From a virus, in IMG/VR virus record IMGVR_UViG_3300045988_073620, positions 1-64,000 of that record: a stretch of DNA of 64,000 nt, one strand, 5' to 3'. Under the pieces are notes generated by a model. It saw only the letters and a program-made list of their open reading frames with translations. It ran no database searches and was not told the DNA's origin. Position 1 is the first letter of the stretch, and each line of letters opens with the position of its first letter. A program made the position numbers and the translations under genes. Shown one piece after another: positions 44,659-51,900 of the stretch.

Positions 44659-44773
44659 TGGCAAGGGGTGGACTCGAACCACCGACAAGTACCTTGTAAT
44701 GGAAAGAATTGCTGTAGAAGTCACGAACATGACTTACAATCTTTTACTGCTCTACCAACTGAGCTACCTTGCC
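44659..44773 (-). ncRNA. 115-nt tRNA-like RNA with the anticodon arm replaced by a long irregular helix (or an intron-containing tRNA)
   Basis: Acceptor GGCAAGG/CCTTGCC, D arm GCTC-AGTTGGTA-GAGC and T arm GGTGG-TTCGAGT-CCACC are canonical. There are 65 nt between the D and T arms. Confidence 0.55.
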
Positions 44774-44896
44774 ATATTCACCGCCTTTAACGGTCAGATA
44801 TTATCTGGGCTGAATTTCACTTCTTTCGCTATAGCGTAAATCCACCAGAAACATAGACCGTCTGTATACAAACAGCTTAACTCTAAGCGGATTAAA

Positions 44897-44965
44897 TCGG
44901 AAAGGATGGATTCGAACCATCAAGACCTAGTCGACTAGCCCGTTCCCAGTTACTTGCACTTTCCG
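44897..44965 (-). ncRNA. 69-nt degenerate tRNA-like element
   Basis: Acceptor CGGAAAG/CTTTCCG and T-arm GATGG-TTCGAAT-CCATC. The core is about 5 nt short and contains only the palindrome CTAGTCGACTAG. Confidence 0.4.
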
Positions 44966-45291
44966 AATAACCCGGAAGCCCCGGGTTAGCAATATGTTTA
45001 TCGTGTTATGCTTTCCACTAGGCTGTTTTATACCGTGCCAGCCCCACGGAGTTGTTTCGGATATTTATGCCCTATAGGTGATATAGAGCGAACCTTGTAC
45101 GGACTCCTGCATTCCTTAAAACTCCTAGATTCGTCAACCCATTAAACTCCGGAATGCCACCAGATAAAGTGAAGTCGTAGCGCGTAACTCGTTGCCGTAT
45201 CACCCGGTTATCGCAGTCCTTTCGATTCTCAATTATCTGGTAAAAATTTTTCCATCCAAGATAACGGCTCAGATGGCATTTGATGGAGAAA

Positions 45292-45365
45292 TGGACATTC
45301 TGGGGTTCGAACCCAGGACCGCCCGGTTATGAGCCGGGTTCTCTGACCTGCTGAGATAAATGTCC
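45292..45365 (-). tRNA. tRNA-Met (CAU); could be Ile2 if lysidine-modified
   Basis: Hand-folded: GGACATT-TA-TCTC-AGCAGGTCA-GAGA-A-CCCGG-CTCATAA-CCGGG-CGGTC-CTGGG-TTCGAAC-CCCAG-AATGTCC-A. Confidence 0.85.
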
Positions 45366-45471
45366 TAAGTAGAGGCGTTATTAGGCAACTCAAGAGCAAC
45401 GTTCCTCTACTGTTACGGTTCATACCCTCACAGCCGTAACAAAGGGTCTGATTGTTCTGCGCCATGCAGAA

Positions 45472-45524
45472 TACCATCCGGGGCATTTGAAGCCCCTTTG
45501 ATCATCCCCGTTGGGATAGATGGA
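45472..45524 (-). ncRNA. 53-nt minimal tRNA-like element
   Basis: Acceptor TCCATCT/GGATGGT (6 of 7 pairs), hairpin ATCCC-AACG-GGGAT and T-arm GGGGC-TTCAAAT-GCCCC. Confidence 0.4.
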
Positions 45525-45570
45525 ACCAATTCGGAGGGGAACTATATCATGGCTAAACAATATAGTCCGA

Positions 45571-45642
45571 CTGGGCTAGCGGGATTCGAACCCGCGAATA
45601 CAGCAGTCAAAGTGCTGTGTCTTACCACTTGACGATAGCCCA
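45571..45642 (-). tRNA. tRNA-Gln (UUG)
   Basis: Hand-folded: TGGGCTA-TC-GTC-AAGTGGTAA-GAC-A-CAGCA-CTTTGAC-TGCTG-TATTC-GCGGG-TTCGAAT-CCCGC-TAGCCCA-G. Confidence 0.85.
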
Positions 45643-45944
45643 TTGTTTTCCCGGGAAACCACTCCCGGGAAGTGATATATTCTGGTGTTTTAGAAAGCAT
45701 CCATGACATTGTTAAGTCCGCGCCAGTTACTTTACAGATGATCCGGGAAATAATTAATCTCATCGGTGTTTCACCAACGCAGACCTAAGCTACTCTGGAT
45801 GCCTCGACCTGTCAGATTCAAAGGCTTTCCCGAACCTGAGAACGACAGGCTTCTGCTTTTCTTGTATTTTCACCCGTTCAACCAGTATGGTGAACAGGGG
45901 AATTTGTATTGTGAATGCTAACCACATTGGGTTCTCCTTATAAC

Positions 45945-46196
45945 CTAAAGTTCTACGCCTTCCATAACTGCTCTTGCTTCTAATATTGCAATGTAATCGG
46001 TCATGGCTTTCACCTGTATATTATATGTACTTCTCGGACAAGTTGGAGTAAACGGAAGCACTCCCTTATCCCATTTTTCAAGCATTGCAGACAGTTTCTG
46101 ATACCTGATAGCTACCTGATAATATTCGGCTTTAAATCTGTCCTTATAATCAGCACTGTTCATAAGTTCCATAGTTTCTTTTAATTCGTTTGGCAT
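45945..46196 (-). CDS. hypothetical protein
   Basis: ORF track, GGAGGA RBS. Confidence 0.6.
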   Translation of the reverse strand: MPNELKETMELMNSADYKDRFKAEYYQVAIRYQKLSAMLEKWDKGVLPFTPTCPRSTYNIQVKAMTDYIAILEARAVMEGVEL

Positions 46197-46210
46197 TTTA
46201 CGCGTCCTCC

Positions 46211-46387
46211 TTATAATCTAAAAATCACAACTGCATTAACTGCAAAACATATTTCCATTAATATAAATACTGCCGTTGCTATTGGATTGCCTTTCTTTTC
46301 GGTTTCGTCCTGTGATATAAGAAATGCTAAAACCAATGTAAAAAATGCAATATCCAACATGGCTGCTACAAATTTTGCAAGAATCAT
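46211..46387 (-). CDS. small membrane protein (58 aa)
   Basis: Hand translation gives MILAKFVAAMLDIAFFTLVLAFLISQ.... It is coupled to the upstream gene by an ATGA overlap. Confidence 0.5.
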   Translation of the reverse strand: MILAKFVAAMLDIAFFTLVLAFLISQDETEKKGNPIATAVFILMEICFAVNAVVIFRL

Positions 46388-46788
46388 TCTTTCTGTTCCT
46401 CTCCAATCATAAAATCAAGAATCTTACCGGCGGTTTCTTCTTCTGGCTCGAATGGCAGTCCGCATGTACAGTACTTCTCAATCGCTGTTTTAAGGCTTGC
46501 TTTGAAACCATTGTAAACTTCTCCATGTGTAAGAAGTTCGTGCCTTAAAATGGATACTGCATCGGTCACGGATTCTGGTGTGAATCGAAATCGGATATCT
46601 CCAACCATTTCTATATCCGGCAGACCGAATATTTCAAACTCAAATGTCGGAACTTCATCGACAGCAACATGGAAGTCAACCGATTTTACTCTTGTGATTT
46701 CTTTTCCATCAACTGCGCATTTGGTTCCGCACCAACCGCTTCCATCGGGATTAAATATCTTTACTTTTGGAGCGTTAGTATTGTTCAT
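46384..46788 (-). CDS. hypothetical protein
   Basis: ORF track. Confidence 0.6.
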   Translation of the reverse strand: MNNTNAPKVKIFNPDGSGWCGTKCAVDGKEITRVKSVDFHVAVDEVPTFEFEIFGLPDIEMVGDIRFRFTPESVTDAVSILRHELLTHGEVYNGFKASLKTAIEKYCTCGLPFEPEEETAGKILDFMIGEEQKE

Positions 46789-47098
46789 TCTTCAAGTCCT
46801 CCATTTCCTTTATGCTAATCCCGACTATCCCGGCGCTGTCTTTGCTATCTGTGGCTTTGAAGTGCGCTTTAGGATGCTGCGGGTACATAAACTCGAACAT
46901 GAGGTAATTTGCTGCATCCACGAGATATTCTGTGTTTCCGGTAGAATTATATTTCTCAATACACCGTTCCATGGACTGAAGCGCCTGCACGTTCCCGGTT
47001 TTAAAATTCTTCCTGGCAGGACCGTATTTATGATAGCTTACCTCGACTCGATTCTTGCGAAGTTCATCAAAGTGTTCACTGTATTCTTCCGAAATCAT
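46775..47098 (-). CDS. hypothetical protein
   Basis: ORF track. Confidence 0.6.
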   Translation of the reverse strand: MISEEYSEHFDELRKNRVEVSYHKYGPARKNFKTGNVQALQSMERCIEKYNSTGNTEYLVDAANYLMFEFMYPQHPKAHFKATDSKDSAGIVGISIKEMEDLKNEQY

Positions 47099-47544
47099 GC
47101 TTCTTCTACTTCCCCAAAATATTTCTTGTACAATTCATAATCATTTTTGCCGATCAGAACTTTAACTGTAGCTTCTTGTTCCATTCGAAGATCACTGTAT
47201 GTGTAAATGGTTTTTGTAGCCTGTATACAATAGCTTCCAACATCAGTGATTCTACTTTCAGTCTCAACTTCTTCTTCAGCAGAAAACCAATTCCCATGAG
47301 GGGTTGTGAAATAAGCTCTGCGTTTTGCTCTACATAATGTGATATATTCCAGACTTGATTCGTATGTAAAAACTTTTTTCGCTGATTCTGTGTCATACAG
47401 CTTTTCATCATCCAGAACAGCTTTCTCGTGATGATATTCATACACCTTGTCATGCATTAAAGGTTTTTCAAGCGGATGATAATTTTCATCCTGAAGGGCA
47501 AAACCGCCTTTTTTATTTTTTAAAAATTTTTTAAGTATCGACAT
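47095..47544 (-). CDS. hypothetical protein
   Basis: ORF track. Confidence 0.6.
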   Translation of the reverse strand: MSILKKFLKNKKGGFALQDENYHPLEKPLMHDKVYEYHHEKAVLDDEKLYDTESAKKVFTYESSLEYITLCRAKRRAYFTTPHGNWFSAEEEVETESRITDVGSYCIQATKTIYTYSDLRMEQEATVKVLIGKNDYELYKKYFGEVEEA

Positions 47545-47548
47545 TTGC

Positions 47549-47698
47549 CTACCTTCTCCGAAAATATTCTGCCAGGGCTTCCCTTGTGATCTGCGATACG
47601 CTTTTACCGGTTCGATTCTTTTCGGCTATGAGCTTTCGTTCTAGCTGTCCTGTAAGCCGGATTCGGATTGATTCGCCTTGTGGGTTATTCTTTTTCAT
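47549..47698 (-). CDS. ribbon-helix-helix protein (49 aa), paralog of 49105..49260
   Basis: Hand translation gives MKKNNPQGESIRIRLTGQLERKLIAEKNRTGKSVSQITREALAEYFRRR. Confidence 0.55.
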   Translation of the reverse strand: MKKNNPQGESIRIRLTGQLERKLIAEKNRTGKSVSQITREALAEYFRRR

Positions 47699-47897
47699 AG
47701 GCAGTGTCCATCTTTACTGAAAGGATTGGTTTATCATCAGCTTTTGCTAAAAGTGTAATCCCTTCGCCTTCTTTCCAAGGTGATGTGGCTATCTGAATAT
47801 TAGAAACACCAGTTTCGCTACAGATATTCAGCAACTGTCTAGCAATATCCATCAGCCCTGACCGAAGATATCCATCGTTGTTTACTATTTTCTCCAT
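47685..47897 (-). CDS. hypothetical protein
   Basis: ORF track. Confidence 0.55.
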   Translation of the reverse strand: MEKIVNNDGYLRSGLMDIARQLLNICSETGVSNIQIATSPWKEGEGITLLAKADDKPILSVKMDTAYEKE

Positions 47898-47919
47898 CTT
47901 GTACCTGCCTTTCTTTAGT

Positions 47920-49089
47920 TTATTTTCTCGGCCTCCCAGATGTCATTTTGGGTAATTCTAACGCTTCCTGAATTGGCATCATTTTTTTATAATACCGGTA
48001 ATTAAATGATTCTACAGAAATTCCATGTGACTTACATAGGTCAGATTTTGGTATTAAATTTCCATTGTATAAAATCAACGCTGTTTTCTTTTTATTCTTT
48101 TTGTTTTCCCGTTTCTTCCATTCAGATGGTGGCCTTTTATTCTTTTGCTGTTCCGCAATGGTTATCCACCTACAGTTATCTGGTTCATAATTCCCATTTA
48201 CGTCTATTCGGTCAATAGTGCATTCTCCAAACAGAGCGTCTTCATCATATCCGTGCTTATAAGCCCAACTTTTAAATGTGGAATAATCTTCCCATTCATT
48301 ACAGACTCTTATTCCGCGGCCGCCATAATTACGGTATTCTCTACAATTTAGATAATTGCATCTTCGTTTCATATTTTGCCACACATGATATAATCGGTCA
48401 TTACTTCCACCATGTGTTCTAATAAGTTCATCATGGTAACATCCACAACTTTTGGTTTTTCCTGTAACTAATTCAATAGGCCTTACGTTCTTAATATTTC
48501 CACAATCACATCGGCACATAAATCTTCTTACTGTACCGGGTTTATTTATCCCGATAACGGTAAGAAATCCAAAACGTTTTCCGATATATGTATTGTCATA
48601 TTTAATATTGGGAAAATGCTTATGACATTTTTGATCTTTCCATTTTTCTGCATGTAGCATACTGTAAGAAACATCTTTAAATGCTCCACATTCCATGCAG
48701 GTCATACGAATTTTAATAGGATTTTGATCAATTATTTCTGAAGCTATATAATCTCCATGTTGTTTCCCTATTTCGGATTCGAGTAAGTCTTTTTTTATTT
48801 TTCGAGATTTTTTAAGCTCTGCATTTCGTCTTTCTTTTCGGCATTTATAGCATGTTTTTATAAGCTCATTCCATTTATTTCTGCCGTTTATCATTTCGCG
48901 CTGAATTGTATCGCCGCACGCAACACATTTAAGCTTAATTATTCTGGATTTTGTATGTGGATTGTATGAAATATCAATAATTTTATAGTCCCCATTTTCT
49001 GTGCCGATACGCTTTTGATAACATTCAATCATCATGGATGCGGTTTCTTTTCCTATTCCGTATGAAACTAACTCCTCTACGCTGTTCAT
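47920..49089 (-). CDS. HNH-type homing endonuclease-like protein with zinc-ribbon / CxCDCG modules
   Basis: Contains ...FMCRCDCGNIKNV... and ...TIDRIDVNGNYEPDNCRWITIAEQQKNK. Confidence 0.7.
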   Translation of the reverse strand: MNSVEELVSYGIGKETASMMIECYQKRIGTENGDYKIIDISYNPHTKSRIIKLKCVACGDTIQREMINGRNKWNELIKTCYKCRKERRNAELKKSRKIKKDLLESEIGKQHGDYIASEIIDQNPIKIRMTCMECGAFKDVSYSMLHAEKWKDQKCHKHFPNIKYDNTYIGKRFGFLTVIGINKPGTVRRFMCRCDCGNIKNVRPIELVTGKTKSCGCYHDELIRTHGGSNDRLYHVWQNMKRRCNYLNCREYRNYGGRGIRVCNEWEDYSTFKSWAYKHGYDEDALFGECTIDRIDVNGNYEPDNCRWITIAEQQKNKRPPSEWKKRENKKNKKKTALILYNGNLIPKSDLCKSHGISVESFNYRYYKKMMPIQEALELPKMTSGRPRK

Positions 49090-49104
49090 CTTCGGGTTCT
49101 CCTT

Positions 49105-49260
49105 TTAGTTTAAATTTTGCGTTATTAAATTGCGTATGATCTGAGAAATGCTTTGGCCAGTCTGAAAAGATTTCTTTTCAAGGCGTTTTCTCATGTCATC
49201 GTTAATTCTGATTCTTATTGACTCTCCCTTTGGGTCAGTCGTAGGTCTGCCATGTGGCAT
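49105..49260 (-). CDS. ribbon-helix-helix protein (51 aa)
   Basis: MPHGRPTTDPKGESIRIRINDDMRKRLEKKSFQTGQSISQIIRNLITQNLN lies behind AAGGAGG. Confidence 0.6.
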   Translation of the reverse strand: MPHGRPTTDPKGESIRIRINDDMRKRLEKKSFQTGQSISQIIRNLITQNLN

Positions 49261-49646
49261 ATTGTTCCTCCTTATTAATGTGGGACAAAATAGTGAGGTG
49301 ACTTTGCTCGGAGTACTCACTCGGCGTGTGCTGGGGCTTATATACACCCCCTCCCCGGTATCCATGCCGGACGCTACCAGGGAAGCCCGCCGCCCCATGG
49401 GTTCCCGCTTCCTTGGCTTAACGCTGACCTTTAATGGCCTGCGGCAGTGACAAAGGAAGAAATATATAGCAGATAATTGTCAGAATATTGCATCTATAAG
49501 AAAAACAACAGTTTTTTATATAGATTGATATACATATTGCACAATTTAAAACTGTATATATGTACATACTGCATAATCTTCGCTAATTATCCTTATTTCT
49601 TGGCTGTTTGTCCGTCACTCATGTACATTTCTGGGCTTTTATTCTG

Positions 49647-50255
49647 TTACAGCTCCGGCTTTTCCATCTCTGGAAGTTCCAGCGCCGCCCTGTGTTTATC
49701 TGCGATCTGCTGCGCTGTCTGGTGTGGTATGCCGTCCTGCTGTGCTGTCTGCACTGGTGCTGTCTCTGCCATACCATAGGCTGCTTTTGCGACAAAAATC
49801 AAGTTGGCATTTGTGCCGGGCTGATTGTTCAATCTGTTTACTGTACAATTCTTGCAGATATCGAACCATTTTTTAACCGTGATGCCATGTGATGAGCTTG
49901 TTCTATAGTCCCCACGCATCCAATCACTAAATGTTGACCGATTAATATTAACTAAAAAGCTAAATACTTCTAATGTCGGCAACACATTGTATTTACTACA
50001 TACCCTGACAAATATATTAAATATATTATCCAGTAACTCTATATCATCATTACTTGGTTTCGGTATTCTATCAGCAATATAAAAGATCATATCAACAAAA
50101 CTATCAGCAACAGTAGCTTTATATTCTTTCTGTGTATCAAATTCTTCAGGAGTTACTTGTAACACAGTGTTTATATATTCATCCACAAGCCTATATATAT
50201 CATTCTCATATACTTCGATTCCCTGTTCTGTTACTGTTGTATTACTCTTTTTCAC
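49647..50255 (-). CDS. terminase small subunit-like DNA-binding protein (GTG start)
   Basis: It is the first gene after a large regulatory gap. It contains an HTH-like segment ...NRSTFSDWMRG... and ...NANLIFVAKAAYGM. The RBS is GGAGGTG. Confidence 0.5.
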   Translation of the reverse strand: MKKSNTTVTEQGIEVYENDIYRLVDEYINTVLQVTPEEFDTQKEYKATVADSFVDMIFYIADRIPKPSNDDIELLDNIFNIFVRVCSKYNVLPTLEVFSFLVNINRSTFSDWMRGDYRTSSSHGITVKKWFDICKNCTVNRLNNQPGTNANLIFVAKAAYGMAETAPVQTAQQDGIPHQTAQQIADKHRAALELPEMEKPEL

Positions 50256-50499
50256 TGTATCACCTCCAAAAAATTGAAATAAAAAAAGACGACAAAAACA
50301 CGTTCGCAGATACAATCCGGGGCCTTTCTAAATCCCTTTCATCTTTCCGATCTGCTCGGTTTTAATCGTCTTAAATAGTCTTATTATTCTTATTGCTTTT
50401 CGGCTTATTCAATTGTTAATTCTGTTTTATCATACTTTTATATCACTGTCAACAGTCTATTTAATTTTATTTTTACCGTTACATTACTCTTATTAACTC

Positions 50500-50533
50500 T
50501 ATATATGCTATACAGTACTGTATAGCATATATA
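50500..50533. repeat. perfect 34-bp palindrome
   Basis: TATATATGCTATACAGT|ACTGTATAGCATATATA. Three TCTAG repeats follow at 50545-50568. Confidence 0.9.
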
Positions 50534-50802
50534 TTAATAAACTCTAGGTCTCTAGAATCTAGGACGGGATTATAAAACCAGTTATTATATACTTATACGT
50601 TATGTAATACGGTCATTTTCTGGCTATTAAACACAAAAAGCCAGACCTTCCGGTACTTTGTCCGGCTTAATCTGGCTGATTAATCAATATTCTTTTCACG
50701 CTCTGGCTTGCAGCTCCCGTCCTGAGTTCCGTCGCCTTTCGTTGATTTTATTTTATCCACATCGGTTTTAAAAATCAAGTCCCAAAATAAAAAAAATTTT
50801 GC

Positions 50803-50946
50803 TTGACAACTTCGGCGGTTTGTGATAAATGTATTTTAACAGCTTCGGCGGTGGGGCTGTTTACCGGCTGAGTGCCGCGCCGTCGTTACGCCGCCAGAAT
50901 AAGAAAACAAAAGCCCCCGGGACTATCTCCCAGGGGCTTATTTTTG
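50803..50946 (+). ncRNA. candidate sRNA of about 110 nt
   Basis: TTGACA-N16/17-ATAAAT promoter, GC-rich body with two CTTCGGCGG repeats, then terminator AAGCCCC...GGGGCTT + TTTTT. There is no credible ORF. Confidence 0.45.
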
Positions 50947-51027
50947 CGTTTACGGAGCTAAATTTACACCATTCTCAAATATCACTCCCGTTTATGCGCT
51001 GTTTATATTTTATATCATTGTTCGTAA

Positions 51028-51303
51028 TTATGCAAGTTCTTCAATGTTTCCGGTGCGGCAATTTTCGAAAATTCCTTCACTTAACTGGCCATTAAATTCA
51101 CGTTCACATAATTCGGCGGTATCTCTTGTTATTCTAATAATCGAATAGAGGTTTGTCCCGGTCTTATCTGCGTTCTCTATCTCGACAATTCTCACGCCGT
51201 CCTCTTTGCTGCTCCAATCATATTTTCTTGACGGTGAGAAGCTTTCTTTTAACCGGTGACCGCCATAATTTCCGTATACTTTCCATGATCTTGTAACTGC
51301 CAT
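51028..51303 (-). CDS. hypothetical protein
   Basis: ORF track. Confidence 0.55.
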   Translation of the reverse strand: MAVTRSWKVYGNYGGHRLKESFSPSRKYDWSSKEDGVRIVEIENADKTGTNLYSIIRITRDTAELCEREFNGQLSEGIFENCRTGNIEELA

Positions 51304-51345
51304 TTTCCCCTCCTGTCCGCCCCTGTCCGGGGCTATGTGATTGGT

Positions 51346-51867
51346 TCAACTCATTCTTTTTAAGATTTCTTCTTCGAATAGTTTTAATTCATGTTTCGCA
51401 TATATGTTATGCTTATATGTGTATATCAATTTATCATTCGGGAGCTTTAACATCTCATACACTTCATTTTTTCTTTTTAAGACCTTTTCTTGATTCTCTT
51501 TTATATGCTTCAATCTCCCATTAACTACGTTTATTGTTTCGCGATTGTATAAATTTTCACTGTTCAAAATCGCTTCTTTTATCATTCTGTATTCTTCCAG
51601 AAGCATTTTATTTCTCAACTCGTCAAAACTTGTGCAATCAGAACCATCAATTATTTTGACGATTTCAAAACGAAAATCACATCCTTTTATAGCATCTTCC
51701 AGCATGTCTTTGTTGCTATGATATTTTCGTAAAATACCATTCTTGTGTAGCCTAGCTCTTGCTAAAAGTTCAGATGAAGAACCAATATATTTCTTTCCAC
51801 TTTGTTGATTTGTGATTGTGTATATCCCTATGCCGTCTTTGACTGGAACGTTAAACAAATTGCTCAT
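51346..51867 (-). CDS. GIY-YIG nuclease domain protein
   Basis: Contains ...GIGIYTITNQQSGKKYIGSS...ARLHKN.... Confidence 0.7.
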   Translation of the reverse strand: MSNLFNVPVKDGIGIYTITNQQSGKKYIGSSSELLARARLHKNGILRKYHSNKDMLEDAIKGCDFRFEIVKIIDGSDCTSFDELRNKMLLEEYRMIKEAILNSENLYNRETINVVNGRLKHIKENQEKVLKRKNEVYEMLKLPNDKLIYTYKHNIYAKHELKLFEEEILKRMS

Positions 51868-51900
51868 TCCTGTAACCACTTCCTTTCTATGGTTACAGTA

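Noticed and set aside
44897-45291. tmRNA (ssrA) hypothesis for the T-arm/acceptor at 44897-44921 plus the upstream 330 nt
   Set aside because: The matching 5' acceptor strand lies only about 60 nt away, giving a tRNA-sized element. No tag-like reading frame ending in ...LAA plus a stop was found.
44470-45763. ORFs 44470..44790(+), 45229..45486(-) and 45542..45763(-)
   Set aside because: They run through tRNA and tRNA-like genes, lack RBSs and have odd composition. The region is treated as RNA-coding.
49265-49450. HEARO/omega-RNA or a known riboswitch upstream of the RHH-HNH pair
   Set aside because: The HNH protein has no RuvC/IscB architecture, and I could not match any riboswitch consensus by eye. 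It is kept only as part of the GC-rich structured-element observation.
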